A stretch of DNA of 63,984 nucleotides, filler included, from Reticulomyxa filosa (Eukaryota; Protista; Foraminifera), in assembly GCA_000512085.1 (NCBI GenBank). It is 18 parts of 18 records of this genome, joined end to end, with 100 filler letters (N's around TTAATTAATTAA, not from the genome) between each part and the next. Parts side by side here need not be neighbours in the genome. Positions count along the whole stretch, not along the records: positions 11,947 to 14,557 come from ASPP01013916.1; positions 14,658 to 16,730 come from ASPP01013857.1; positions 16,831 to 18,928 come from ASPP01003883.1; positions 19,029 to 21,568 come from ASPP01021740.1; positions 21,669 to 22,824 come from ASPP01025287.1; positions 22,925 to 25,033 come from ASPP01003223.1; positions 25,134 to 27,226 come from ASPP01027286.1; 11 more parts are not named here. One strand, written 5' to 3'. The notes under the pieces are model-generated. The model had not been told where the DNA came from. It searched no databases and saw only the letters and a list, made by a program, of their open reading frames with translations. This document shows positions 12,020-25,791 of this stretch, piece by piece. The translations under genes were made by a program, and so were the position numbers. Position 1 is the first letter of the stretch. Each line of letters opens with the position of its first letter.

Positions 12020-14557
12020 GTGATAATATTTTGTTTTTTTTCATTCCATCATCAAAATCGAGACGGACAATTCTTTTTTGACTTGGAAAACATGCCCAAC
12101 CCTGACAACAACCCATTGGAGGCAATTCGAAGAGAGGAGTTTGAAAGAGACCAAGAGCGACTGTTGCAACAAATCGATCATCGACATCGTCGACTGCTTC
12201 AAAGAGGAGCTGAAGTCGAAGCAGAACCAGAGCCTGAACCTGTATTAGAAGCTTGGCCTGAACCTGTATTAGAAGCTCAGCCTGAACCTGTATTAGAAGC
12301 TCAGCCTGAACCTGAGCCTGAGGCTGAGGCTGAGCCTGAACCCGAGCCCGAACTTGACCTCGGCTTAGATGCGCAACAAGAGCAAAAAAGAAATGAGGAT
12401 TGGAATGGTAATGAAATGGGCAATGGACTGTTGGAAGAAGAGAACAACGAAGACGGACAGAGAAGACGAAGACAAAGACAAAGGAGAGTACGACGGAGAA
12501 GGAGAGCTGAATTCGCCCAGGAGAATAACGACGAAGATGATGATCGCATTGACATCAATAATATCCGACCCATTGAGGTGTTGGGATTTGGAGGACGCTT
12601 GTCCGCATTTTTGTGGACGATCTTGACAATCACCACTTGCAACGTTGCATTGGCTATTTTTTTTTTTATGTGCCCTATTGGATTGGGTCCTTTGTTCTCA
12701 CAAACCGATTGCATCAATCTCTCTTCACTTTTCTTTCCGACATTGTCTCTCTGTTGTGGTCTCGGCTGAGCAGTCAATGGATTCATTTGATTCATTCTCC
12801 AAGTGTCTCTGTGTTGCTTCCCCCAAAAGTTATTGTCATATCAAATTTATTTTAAAATATATGTACATATATACATACATATACATATATATATGTATAT
12901 TGATTCACAAGGGGGAGGGGGGGGGAAAAAAATAATAACAAAGGTTTGGTTATCAGTGACAGAAATATTAGAGTGGATGAACGACACATTTTCAAATGCA
13001 GGGAGCTGGTCGTTCAATCGATTGATTGGCAGCTTGTTTGACGATGTTCAAAAATGGATCACTGGAGTGCCAACCGCAATGGGATATGCTGTGATCAATA
13101 TCCATTTGCTCGTCTTGTTTTTTTTTGATTTCGCATATTACCATTGGATTCGACCACGTTTAGTGTATCGAAAAGAGCATTTGAAAATGAAAATCAACTC
13201 GTTTTGGTGTGTCGTGGAAAGGTTGTCTCGATTGTTAACTCCTTTTTGGAGAATTGTCGATTCAGTTGAGAACAATTTCCTTTCACAAATGTGTGTATTT
13301 TTTTTTTTTATGTTGTATTTTGTATAATGTGTTTATGTGTATAAAAGTTGTTGCGCTTGGCCGATTGTGTCATTCAATTGTTTGCAGTTCCGTACATTTT
13401 TGGATTATGGATTGAATATGCAACTCGGTCCATTCGACCTGTTCACTCGAATTACGATGAAAGTGTGATGTCGTTATCTTTGGCCTTGAAAAAGCTGTCG
13501 ATGCTGCAAGAGCAATCTCTCGATCGCAGTCTCGTCACCGGACTTGAAAAGGAACAGTCGCTCAGCAATCTGAGTCAAATCAATGACACGCTATTCCAAA
13601 ATCCAATGAATCTATTATGGATTCTATTAATCGATCGAAGCTTTTTGAACAAAGACGCGACCATGCATCGCGAGGCCTTGCGAGTGATTGAAAACGAATT
13701 GGTGTCGCGAATGTTGATTTGGATGATTGGCTTTTGGTATGTGTTAATGACAATGAGGACATTTCAGCAGGCGAGGCATTTGATGCGAATGGAGTTTAAC
13801 GCGCATTGGATGAGATTCCCACAGCCACATCAAATCCCAATCAGCTTAAGTCTGTTCCGAGCCATGAAAGAGCGTGTCATTAGTATGAGAATACACATTC
13901 CCGTTATTTGGTTGGGGATTTACGTTCCCTGCAAACTTATGCGCTATTGCTTTCCTTCCATTTTCCCGTTGCAGTTGTCATCCAAAGACGTTCGAAATAT
14001 CCCTTTGGTATAAATTTTTTTTTTTTTTTTTTTTTGAGTCCCCCTTTTTTTTTTTGTAAAATGCATTCATTCTTCGTTGTATCATTCATCCGTGCATACA
14101 TAACCTATCTAATGTTTGTGGGCCGTGTTAGACGGTCATGTTCTTTGTGTACGGGTTTGCCGCGTTCGCGATCATCAAACGTCTGCAAATCAAAGAGAGG
14201 TCGACTCGCTTTGCGCGAAAGTGGCTGGACACGGTGTCCTTTGGTCTGAACATCCGCTACTTGGTGGTCCCCGGCAGTGAGCCACCTGCCGAGGCCGTCG
14301 TGAACGCAGAGGCCATTGATGCCATTGTTCGACAGGAACAAGAGGACCAGGCAAGGCGAATGGGCGTGGTAGACCAAGGCAATGGTGATGCACCACATCA
14401 GAACCATCCCGTCAATGAAAATGCGGGACATAATGTGGAGAGATGGGTCGATAATAACGAAGAAGAAGAAGACGAAGAAGAAGAAGTCGAAGTGGACGAG
14501 CATAGATATGAAAACGAAGACAAAGAAGAAGAAGAAGAAGATGATGATGATGATGAT
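12020..14557 (+). CDS. MARCH6: MARCH6/Doa10/TEB4-like multipass ERAD E3 ubiquitin ligase, internal fragment (RING-CH not in contig)
   Basis: IEVLGFGGRL...NVALAIFFFMCPIGLG, VPYIFGLWIE, IWMIGFWYV, YVPCKLMRYCFPSIFPL and RKWLDTVSFGLNI match the TEB4-Doa10 segments in order. Multi-exon. Confidence 0.75.
12220..12352 (+). repeat. Coding minisatellite (EPEP / PEPVLEAQ units)
   Basis: A 24-bp unit cctgaacctgtattagaagct occurs three times, plus EP/EA dipeptide repeats. Confidence 0.85.
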
Positions 14558-14729
14558 NNNNNNNNNNNNNNNNNNNNNNNNNNNNNNNNNNNNNNNNNNN
14601 NTTAATTAATTAANNNNNNNNNNNNNNNNNNNNNNNNNNNNNNNNNNNNNNNNNNNNTTTTTTTTTTTTTTGAAATAATATGTTCTAACAAAAATAAATG
14701 TATGTATTTGTGTGTGTGTGTGTGTATGT

Positions 14730-15117
14730 ATCTGTTACCATCTGCTCCAAAAACTAACGGCTCTCGCGCTTTGCACGTTTGCCATTGATCACCGCTTCCC
14801 GCGTTCTGCACAATGTTTCTGCTCGCGTCAACGGTAAGGAACTTGGACTTGGATTTCGGCCATTGGTCCCACGACAGGGTCGAGTGTTGTCGCACCACGT
14901 GGCCGTAGATTTCGAAGCCGCTCAGAGACAAGTAGTAATGATTGTTGGAGTTTTTGTCGAATTGGAAGACACGGAAGCGTGTGTAGTATGCACCAGCAGT
15001 CAAAGACCACGTAAACGTTTGGCCTTTGAAGTTCAAGGCCGTGTCATTTTTATGTTCACGTAATGTCACCCATTTTTCTCCGTCACATGACGCCTGTTCC
15101 ATTTTGATACAATGATA

Positions 15118-15166
<49 letters not shown>

Positions 15167-16729
15167 GTATATGTTTGGATTTTGTATTCAATACACAACA
15201 CAATAATAAATATAAAATAAACAACATAAACTTCCAATCGCCAATTACGAAGTGCTTCCGTGTCCCACGAGGAATAATGCCTCAAAGTATAATGCGTGGC
15301 GAGAACAGCATAGTTTTGGAAATCGATTTCAAACCAGGTCTGTTTGACGGGCTTGGTGACACATCGGACAACCTCACGTCCGACAATGGCCTTCGATAGG
15401 GACCGAGTCATTCATCAGTCCGTTGGATCGAACGACAAGGAGGCCACGTTTCATTGGGTTTTGCCAAGTCTCGGTTCCGCAATTGGTGCCCAGCCAATAG
15501 CATATGCCGTGAGTGTCCAAGTCGCTCGAATACGTAAAGGCCTCTCCGATGAGCTCGGGTCCGATCTGGTCCGAGCCCTGTTGCGGCAAGGGGACGCTAT
15601 TGCCGGCTCCGGCATCGTCGTCGTTGTTGTTTTTGGACTTTGCGTCGTTCTCTGCGACTTTCTCTTCGTCGGGTTTGGAAGGGATAGGTGGAGGTACGGG
15701 CATGGGTGGGGGAGCACTTGCTTTGAGTGAGACGAGTCCTCCAACCGCATCGCCATACAATTCGATGCCGGAGCAAGCCAAATACTTGAAGCAAATGAAA
15801 AGTATATATATATATGTATATAGGGTCCATCACAAATAAATAAACAAACAAACAAAATAAATTTGATAATATATATATATATATATACACATATATATAT
15901 ATATATATTGTAACGAAACCCAATGGTTATTACTATTTCTTCCGGTCATAAAAAGTCGGAATCTCGAAAAGTATTGAGACGTTTCCACCGGCCACGTGTG
16001 TGTCATGCCTGCTTTTCGCAAGGCCTTATCGTCATTATGCTGACGCAAAGGGATCCACGCAATGCCATCATCACTGCCTTCCAACACCCAAAAGCGCAGC
16101 GCCTCTGTGTCCCACGAGTTGTAATGTCGCAAAGTGTAGTGTGTCAGTTTGATTTTAATGTCTTTGAGATTGATACTCATCCACGACTTTTGATGCGGCT
16201 TGGTCACACATCGCACCGAGGCCCGTCCACACAGCGCGGACAACGGCACTGAGTCGCTCATCAACGACGACGCTTCCACCACCACCAATTCCAAGTCCAC
16301 GGGGTTCGACCATTGTCGTTCTCCTCCATTCGTCCCCAAAAAGTAAAACAGCCCGTTGTAATCCAAGTCGTGGCCGTACTTAAATGCTCGGCGATTTCCG
16401 ATCGGCGCGTCGTTCTCATTGTTCACCGCGTCCATGCTGGACAACACTGTCCCGTAAATTTCAAACCCTGAACAAGGCAAGTAGTAATGCGAGTTCGAAT
16501 TGGGGCCGTATTGATACAATCGAAACTTGCTAAACGCTTGGTTCTTTACAGCATGCGACGGGATCGTCCATGTATGTGTGGCTCCCTTTCTACTTAATGA
16601 CTGGTCGTTCGTGTGTATCATCAGCAGGACCCACTCGCCATTCACACCATCGGTGCTGTCGTCGCTGGCCTCAAAGCGCCAATTGCGTACGCATTCCGTG
16701 TCAAATGTTATATAATGTCTTTCTCCCAA
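14730..16729 (-). CDS. Protein with at least 3 tandem HECTD1/At2g30600-type galactose-binding (Sad1-UNC-C/discoidin-like) domains followed by a SPRY-like segment; partial at both ends
   Basis: Repeated motif DLDxxGxxYxLGTN..WxNP...THYTLRHYxSWDTEALRxWxLEgSxDG..W..LRxHxND..L..W...RFR..NSNNHxYLxxSGxExYG. Introns at about 15787-15920 and 15095-15230. One apparent frameshift near 15400. Confidence 0.8.
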
Positions 16730-17243
16730 TNNNNNNNNNNNNNNNNNNNNNNNNNNNNNNNNNNNNNNNNNNNNTTAATTAATTAANNNNNNNNNNNNNN
16801 NNNNNNNNNNNNNNNNNNNNNNNNNNNNNNAGATAACAAAAGGAAAGTAAAGAAAAGCAAGAAAGTAAGAAGTAAGTTTGTTGAAGAAGTTTAACCTACT
16901 GGGGATTCCTCCGTTCCCTTGATGTTCAGATACTCGTAATAGGGACTTGCCCTACAATAATAGTAGTTGACATTGTGTAATTAATTTAAGTTGTTATGGA
17001 AAGTAGGAATAAGATGATAAAAATTCAAAATTTGTTGCTGAAGACACAGTTTCTTGTGAATAATAATCTTAAAAATGTACAACAATTTTGACAAAAATGA
17101 AGCCATTGTGTCTCTGTTTGATTTTATAAAAATTGGTGATCCATAAATTACGGTCAAAACAGAAGCACAGACTTTTGTAATCATTTTTTTTGTGAATTGG
17201 CACATTCCAAGGTAATTGGCCAATAACCTTATTTCTTCAGCAA

Positions 17244-18413
17244 ATGAGTAAGATTACTATAACTTCGGATCGCTTTGGTCCCAAGCGCTGGTATAATGTG
17301 ACAGAGCAATTCGAAATTGTCAGAAAGTTGTTGGCGCCAGGAGAGCTTGTGAAAGCTCCAAGTTTCACAATGCACTCAGCAACGGTATTTATGAAGAAGA
17401 AAAAGATTGTTGGTGAGTGAGTTGATCAAGAATTGTGCACATACGACAAAACATTTTGCTTTGTACAGTCGTGTTTAGAAATTGGAGAGAAAGCAGACCC
17501 CGGCATAAGTGAAAATGTATTATATTTCAAAGACATAATATTTGGTGAAAGTGAGGTCAATAAAGAAGAGAAGAAGAAAGACGAAAATGAGAATGTAGTG
17601 GACAAAACGACGTCATGGTCGTCATTGGATGAATTGTACCAACAAAGGAAAGTCAATCGTATTACACTGCCTTCGCAAATAAATAAAGACGAATTGATTG
17701 GAACAATGGATGAAATGATACGTTTGCTGTGGTCATTTTTTAGTGGAAATGCAGACCGCTTTTCCACTTTCACTTGTTTATATCTCCACAACGAAGTCCG
17801 ATTTCACCACCACTATAAATTACCTCACCCTCTCTTGTTTCCATTTGTGAACGCGATTTTATTAGTTGAGTTTTGATGTGTAGACACATATACATATATA
17901 TGTATGTATATATATTTGTATCTCTTGTGTTTCTTTTTTTTTTTTTTTTGATTGGTTTGAAAAAAAAAAAAAAAATAATAATGATGAAAATAATAAAAAA
18001 AAGTGTTCTCACTACGTGCGACAACTCGTAAAGTCGGCGAGCGTGAATGAGGAGGAAGACTGGTGTCGCTATGAATTTTATGACATCAAGTCTTTACCCG
18101 ACTTGGAAGAGACATTGCTTGCGCTAGACAAACAAGGCGTTGAAAGTGCGAACGGTACAGGCCGAGAGGAAAAAGAAGGCAATGAGTTGTTGCTGCGACA
18201 GTCCATTCAACATCGTGTGTCGTTCATGAAAATATTACTCCGGTTGGTTTCCAAATTGCACTTTTGTCACACTTTTTTCAATGAAAAAATCGACCATGCA
18301 ACAGCACAGGAAGGGCAATTCAAAGTTAATGTTTCTTTGACGTTATATGATATATGTACATATGTTGTGTTTGATGTGAAAAGAGTTGTGTGTTATAAAA
18401 ACAAATGAGCAAA

Positions 18414-18444
<31 letters not shown>

Positions 18445-18928
18445 ATTAATTAATTAATTAATTAATTATGGAAACAATAGAAAACCGCAGAAGAAACCAA
18501 TGATTTAAAAAACGATGAGAAACAAAAAGAAGACGATAAAGGCCAAAATAAGAAGAATAAGAATAAAAATCAAAACAAAAACAAAAAACTAGACCCACCA
18601 CAAAAGAAGAAAGACTCGCAAGGTGAGAAGGATGCTAACAACCCATCCGAAACCCAAACACAAGAAAATGACAAAGACAGCAAAGAGACGTCTTATCTCT
18701 CATTATCACTCCCAAACAAAATGCCGAGCATCTGGCTCTATTTACCGAAGTCGTCCAAGCGTGCAAAGAACTGACTGCACTCATCACTCAACATATCAAA
18801 CCATTTGCCCACTTGGGACATGCTGATCCACCAGGTTGAGTTTGTTTGTATTGGATGAAATGATATATTATCATACATTAAAAAAAAAATTATAAAAAAA
18901 AAAAAAAAAAGGGTTTGATTCCCGTATA
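17244..18928 (+). CDS. NAA35: N-alpha-acetyltransferase 35, NatC auxiliary subunit (Mak10), 3'-partial, multi-exon
   Basis: WYNVTEQF...LAPGELV...|SCLEIGEKADPG, LIGTMDEM..LWSFFSG...TFTCLYLH and ASVNEEEDW match the Mak10 family motifs. Confidence 0.85.
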
Positions 18929-19152
18929 NNNNNNNNNNNNNNNNNNNNNNNNNNNNNNNNNNNNNNNNNNNNTTAATTAATTAANNNNNNNNNNNNNNNN
19001 NNNNNNNNNNNNNNNNNNNNNNNNNNNNGGAATATATTGTTGCTCATTTCTCGCAAAATTCGGATGATCTCTGCGCAGCAATGTACGAAATAAATAAAAA
19101 GAATCGGATAGATTTGCGTTTGGATCAAATGTGGCTCCATCCTTGCTCCTTG

Positions 19153-20560
19153 TCATATGTAAGTCTTCTTCAGCCGTCTTTTCTGTAACTCGAATGTTGG
19201 ATGCGTTATATCCACCAGTTGTTCTATTCCATCATTCCATCTCACCAAGTGTCGATGCTCGCTTTCATTATAATCAATGATTTTTCCACTACGCCAATAA
19301 GTGGCACAATGCGGATCTATTACGTATACTATATGTCCCACTTTACTGTGATTGACATCCATCTTTTTTAAATTAACACAAAAAAAAATTCAAACAAATA
19401 AGTCTCTCATTTCTTATCTTTCAATCAGATATTTTGAAACAATATACAAAAAAAACAAACAAACTGGTTGCAGTATTTTAGCTCCAAATTTGGATTGGAT
19501 GGAAAGCCAGCCAGGGATTGGTATGATAATGCGCGCTCTGGTGCCGTCTATTTCGGCCACGATAACAATGGTTCCCTCGGGTAAATCAGTAATATGCAAA
19601 CTGTCCAATTGTTTCTGTTCGCGCACTTTTGCTTGCACTACAACCTCGTAAGTGCGAAGAAGTTCTGGAGAACAATGATCAGGATAATAACTTTGTGTCA
19701 TTTGTTGTTGTTGCGATGCATCTCTATCCCCTTTTGGATTGTCACAAGCGTTTACATTTGGATTATTTCCATCATTGTTCATTGCCATCTCTGTCTTATT
19801 TAAGCTATTAAAAAAAAAAATATGCAACAAAATACGTTTTCTTTTCCTTGCACTACACCCTCCCATCTTTTCTACTACCAAAAAAAAAAACAAACTAATA
19901 ATAATAATAATAAATTTATAAAAAAAACCAAACTCAGATTCGCAATTTCTGTTGTTTGAAACAGAAAGTATTGGAATGATATTTGTTTGCTCTTTGCTTT
20001 GCTCTTCTTTATGACATGTGTCAGATTCAACTGTATGAATAGTCCGCGTAAAATTAACACGCCGCTTCTCAGGATTGAGAGCATTGCCATGGCTTGTCAA
20101 TACGCTCTCGTTACTCGTTTCGTCTTTTACAATATTTATGTCGATACTTCCTCTTTTTTTGTAGCGTTCAAGATTTGATGATTTTTCGAGCTTTTTTTTT
20201 GCTGGAGATGACCTCGATGACAATGGCAACGGCAATGATTCTCTTGCATTCCCAGTGCTGATATTTTCTCTATTTTTTTCATTTTTTTTTGAACTCTTAC
20301 TTTTACCATTATCATACTTGTCTAAGTCCATTTTCTCCAGAGCACTTGATTCCATTCTTGGACTAACGCGCAATTGTGCAAATTCTTTCATCGTCGTCAG
20401 ATCTGGAGCCACTTGTTTCTTTAATTTACTGTTTCCATTCACTTCATATTTTAACAAGTAAATTCATATTTTAATCGTACTGTTTATTCACGTTTCATCA
20501 AGGAATGAAAGATACAAAACTAGTCTTTTCTTCAGGTGGTTGGTCAACTTTGTTCAACAT
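19153..20560 (-). CDS. Hypothetical protein with C-terminal SH3b-like and Tudor-like beta-barrels
   Basis: VREQKQLDSLHITDLPEGTIVIVAEIDGTRARIIIPIPGWLSI (SH3-like) and VGHIVYVI..YWRSGKIIDYN..HRHLVRWNDG (Tudor-like). Several introns. Confidence 0.55.
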
Positions 20561-21744
20561 TTCTTGCGCTTTCAATAAGTCGGTCTGTTGCAAGGACAAA
20601 TTTTACAGAGTGAAGACAAATAATAAAATATAAAAAATGATGATACTAATCAAGAAAAAAACCAATATTAAGCAGAGAACTCAAAACTTATGACTAATCA
20701 ACGATAAAGACACACTGACAGTATATCCAAAAAAAGGTTTTTTAATCCTTCGTGTCAACAGTTATAATTATTCAGATCGCTTTAAAAATGAATAGCTTTA
20801 TCACATTTATGTATTATTGAGCGTAAATTTTTATTTTTATGCTTGAAAATCTTCATCAAAAAATAGTGAAAATGCTGTTTGTAATATGGGATATGTTTTA
20901 AAGCTTTGTAGATTTTTATTGACAATTATTTACTCTCAAAAATTTGTTCTGTAAATTGTAATTGAACCGATTACGTGGTATTCCAAAAGAGAAGAAATTT
21001 TTAAACAAAACAATAAAAACTTAGTTTCTGCTTTTCTTGTAGGTTGACGCAATATATTAATCTTTCGATTATTCTATTTGTTTAAGTACATTATATCGAT
21101 ACCTCAATATAACTTGCAATTTTCATCAACTATCATTTGTTCTTCGACAATATTATATTATTTACTTGAATTACTCAATACTTATTGCTTGGCTTTCATT
21201 ATATCAAACACCATTAACATATTGGTGTACAGCCTAAAATACTTTTAAAAATCAATTGCATATTCGCGAAATGTTTATTAACTCGCACTTTTGAGTAAAT
21301 ATGGATTTTCACAAATTATCTCACCTGTATAAGCTTCTAAAAAAAAATTAGACAGTTTTATATCAAATCTGACATGGTGATTTTTAAGAATAATAGTAAG
21401 CTTTGTAGAGAATGCAAGTTTTTTAAAAATTTTTATTGCTGAATTTTTGACAATTGTTCGCGAAAGCTTGATGGCAACAAAGTTTTTTGGCGAGTCTTAG
21501 GATCGACAAATACATGCACAAATGTGCCATAAGCATTGATAGTACTGCTGTTTTCTTCAAATATACCANNNNNNNNNNNNNNNNNNNNNNNNNNNNNNNN
21601 NNNNNNNNNNNNTTAATTAATTAANNNNNNNNNNNNNNNNNNNNNNNNNNNNNNNNNNNNNNNNNNNNATATAAAAAGTATTATTCCTTATAGTTTTGTG
21701 TAGTTCATATCGCAATTGATATTAAAAAAAGAAATAAGTAGAAA

Positions 21745-22790
21745 CTAATTAACAACGAACGTGCGGATCTGTCTAGGCGATAATGTAGTAACAGTTCCAT
21801 TACTAGTTGTTGGCTTATCGTTGACAACTCGAACTTCACCGTCTTCATCAATGATAGTCCATGATAATTTCTTTAGCTTAGACAATGGTAAATTTGCAGT
21901 CAATGTTGTTTCAGTGACAGTGTTTACTGGTAAAACCGCCGGGTCAAATATTTTTGTCAGATCGATAGTTTCATTGACACTCCTACAATTCAACAAAATT
22001 ATTATTTTCTTTTTTATATTAATAAAATAAATATGTGTCATATATAATGATATAGCACTTTTACCATTGAGGATTTTCAGAAGTTTCAAACATGTGTTGT
22101 AATTGCAAGATCAGCCCTTGATTGTAGCCTAATCCATTGTACGCATATCTTAAGTCTTGCAAATGAATATTGTTGGGCAAGCCCCCAGAATAATTGCTAT
22201 TGGCTGCAGTCCAAGACAACGCATATTTGCTGGTCCAATCAAGAATTGATGGGCTCATTGCATAAAATTTTGTCACTCCATAATGTTGTCTCTCGAACAA
22301 GCGTCTCGATAAATATGACACTTGTTCACTCGAATCGTACAGCAAATATATTCGCGGTTCGATATGTGTTGTTTCATTCTATTTTACATTTGTTCACAAA
22401 AGCGAAGCATAATTAACATATATATGTATATGTATATATGTATATATACATATATATAACTAATGGTTCATCTGGTCCTCTTTCATCATTGCTCAATGTT
22501 CTTCGATGCAACATGAGTTCCAGTTGGCCGTCTGCCAAAGTGGCCACGCCATGTGCTTGATTAACAATTGTGGCAAGGCGATATTGATCGGTAGAATCAC
22601 AAAGATAAGCCTGCGAAGCAGTCGGATAATAGTTAGCGCCAATTCTCTCATCCAAGTTGGGTTGATATGTGCGTTGAATATATTCCAACGCATTTTGGCA
22701 TGTGTACATTAGGCCATTGCTGTCTAATTCGCTGTGCCATCGAGTAACAAATTCGGAGCCTTGATCCAATGGACCTAAGTGCACTTCGAC
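21745..22790 (-). CDS. Glycoside hydrolase family 38 alpha-mannosidase, C-terminal part
   Basis: IGANYYP, GVATLADGQLELMLHRRTLSNDERGPDEPL, LPNNIHL, ILQLQHMFE, ETTLTAN and TLSPRQIRTF. Confidence 0.92.
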
Positions 22791-23100
22791 CTATTATCAT
22801 CAATTATCGTTTTTGATTTGACTTNNNNNNNNNNNNNNNNNNNNNNNNNNNNNNNNNNNNNNNNNNNNTTAATTAATTAANNNNNNNNNNNNNNNNNNNN
22901 NNNNNNNNNNNNNNNNNNNNNNNNGTTCCAAAATACAGCATTGAAATTGAACAGTGGACGTCATGGATCATAAAAGACATTGAAGATACAGACGAAGGAG
23001 AAATATACGTCATCGAGGTCAACGTGTGGATCGAAGAATCAATAAACGTCGAGGTCGGACGAACAAGGCGCTTCAGTGTGAATTACTGACATAGCATAAC

Positions 23101-25016
23101 TCACTCACCATTTAGCATTGAACGAGTTTGACCAAGACAACAACGCAGCTCGAACAAGTGAACAGAATCGGAAAAAAGCGACGATAAGTCTCTTGATTGA
23201 ATGTAATTTACCAATGGTATGGTGGCCACGATCCGTTTCATTGGCATCATGTACTTCGCAACAGACGAGCAGACGAGTGTGAAGGATGGGGTAAGCACGA
23301 TGGCATGTACAAAGTAATACGTTACTTTACACGTCCACCAAAGTGAGGATTGTTTGTGAAAGAAGTAAAACGTCGCCACAACGATGATCGGAGTCTCCAA
23401 TACTCGAAACGACGATATCCATAATGTGAAGCCGTCGGCATGGTGAGTGATCTTTGAGGAAATCAACATTGAAGATGCAATATCTGAACTGTTTCAAAAA
23501 GATCAAGATACTGATCACGACATGAAGGCCAATGAAAAGATAAACTCCAACTTTGATGTTTGAATTCAATGGAAGCTTCTGAACGAGTGTGACAATATCA
23601 AATGGAAGCCCGCGACGACGAAACGTAGTCCATGTCCTATTCTACTCATTAGTCAATTGTCTCGAGACATTGGACTGTATTGTGTGAGCAAATATTTGGG
23701 TGCCGTTGCTGTATTCCAGCAACTTTGATTTGGTGTGCGGCGGAAGAGCTAATGTTGCTGTGTCATTTGTAATGAAAAGTAACAACGTCGTGCCAATCGA
23801 TAATTGGATCGACTATTCAAAAGTTGCTCCATTATTTAACAAAACAAAGTGATGACTTACTTTAATGTGTTGGGAGCGCCGCTAGGTGGATACGTGGGTA
23901 ACATCAGTGTCAGCAGTCGATTATATTATGCTCCCCCTTCCAAAGACCTTGTCGCTGTGGATGCAAACGAATTATTCAATTACCAAAAAAACCGAATCGC
24001 TAGGATTTAAGAAGTAGAAGTATCTTCTATTGGCAAGGCTATCATTCAAAAAATGGTAGTTCTAAGGGACGAGCCTTTCAATGATCAAAATAACGGAGCG
24101 CTTGCTAGTGGTGTTGTCATTGAAATCGAAGGGCGTACTTGGACGGCAAGAACTCAATTTATCACTCACAAGGATTTGCTGTTATTGCGCATGTTCCTCT
24201 TTCCTGCTATCTGAGTTATAATCGTGATTGGTCCATTGCTTGAAAAAGTATTTTTTGTATACATATATATTCAACATAACATCTTGATACGTATATTGAT
24301 TATATATTTATATGTGTTGCTTGAAATTTTTGAATAGATATTTAAAAGTGCACAAATGAAGATCAATAGTTGTCGCTGTTTTACATTACCATTGGTGCTG
24401 TAGTGAGTTCCTAGCAGTAATGGCAATAGTAGCAGATATCGATGGCTGCAGACATGAAAGTAAACAAAGTGGTAAATCATTGTCAAATTGCTGATGGAAA
24501 GCCAATATAATGAATCATGGAGCCATACTACAACGTGTGCCTGTCATTGAACAAATATCAATTTTAGTGACGGCGTGCATTTGATGTGGGTCATGGTATT
24601 GCGCTTTGAATGGCGTACAATTTGAAAAAAAAAATTGAAGGCCTCAAATTTTTGATTAAAAAATTTCTTTTTGTGTGAACCGATTGTGCATTTTTTTGGA
24701 ACAATAATTTCAACTCCAAATCTCCAGCCCACCTGACATCTCTCTAGTCTAATTAAATTAAATTTCTCGCAAAAGATTTCTGAATATTTTAAAAGAAAGT
24801 CGAAAATATGTAAATATTGATTTTGTTCATCTAGTTTTCACTTATGTCTTTGAAAAAACTGATAATTGGAATTAATTGTGGCTTTGTCCACTTCGAGAAT
24901 ACTTCTCCATTGTGGGTTGTCATTTGACAATTGTCTCCCTTGTAACAAACAAGGCATGGCCCTTTTTTGACGCTGAAGTAGTTGTTGCCATCAATGGTGA
25001 TGTTGAATTCGTTCAA
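23101..25016 (-). other. Hypothetical membrane protein gene fragment, frameshifted or low quality
   Basis: Coding-like composition and a hydrophobic multi-TM stretch at 23100-23570. No family recognised. Confidence 0.3.
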
Positions 25017-25133
25017 TTCAATACCGAACCTGTNNNNNNNNNNNNNNNNNNNNNNNNNNNNNNNNNNNNNNNNNNNNTTAATTAATTAANNNNNNNNNNN
25101 NNNNNNNNNNNNNNNNNNNNNNNNNNNNNNNNN

Positions 25134-25308
25134 CTTATGCTAGCCGGAAAAAGATGAGAACGAAAAGGATGGCAATGTCAGTGGCATGGATGATGTCGAT
25201 GAAACAAAGCTAATGAAAAAGAGATTGTCTGTGGATGTGTCGTTGACCGCTGGAGAAGGTGAAGATGCTCAAAATGATGACAATAATAATAATAATGATA
25301 ACAATAAC

Positions 25309-25355
<47 letters not shown>

Positions 25356-25791
25356 AGAAGAAGTGGATAGAAATACTGGTCTTTACAATAGCGCTGTGGT
25401 TACGCCCACCAAAACAGCCGAAACCATATGTCTTGGCGGTGTGTCATCGCTCCAATTGGTGAAGTCTTCGTCTTCGAATATGAGCAAAGGGGAGGCGAGA
25501 GACGAAGACGATCAAAGAGGATGGACAAAATTCCAAACGAGTTTGCTCAAAGTGTGGAAAGATTTAGTCAATGCATTCAATTACGAGAACTTGTTTGCCA
25601 TTTTGGACTTTCTGATTGAGACAGTGGAGTCGTATATGGCCCAAGCGCAAAAGCAGCAGATCAGCAAATCATGTCAGCATGCAAAAACATTATTTTTGCA
25701 ATTTACGAAGGACCCTCGGATTCAACCCGCACTGGAGGTGGCAATGGATCCAAGTATTATAGAGCAACACCGAAGCGGCCATTGGCATTGA
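25134..25791 (+). CDS. Hypothetical protein fragment with poly-Asn tract
   Basis: Open frame from the contig start, an (AAT)n tract at 25280-25352 and a helical C-terminal part. The 3' end is possibly frameshifted. Confidence 0.45.
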
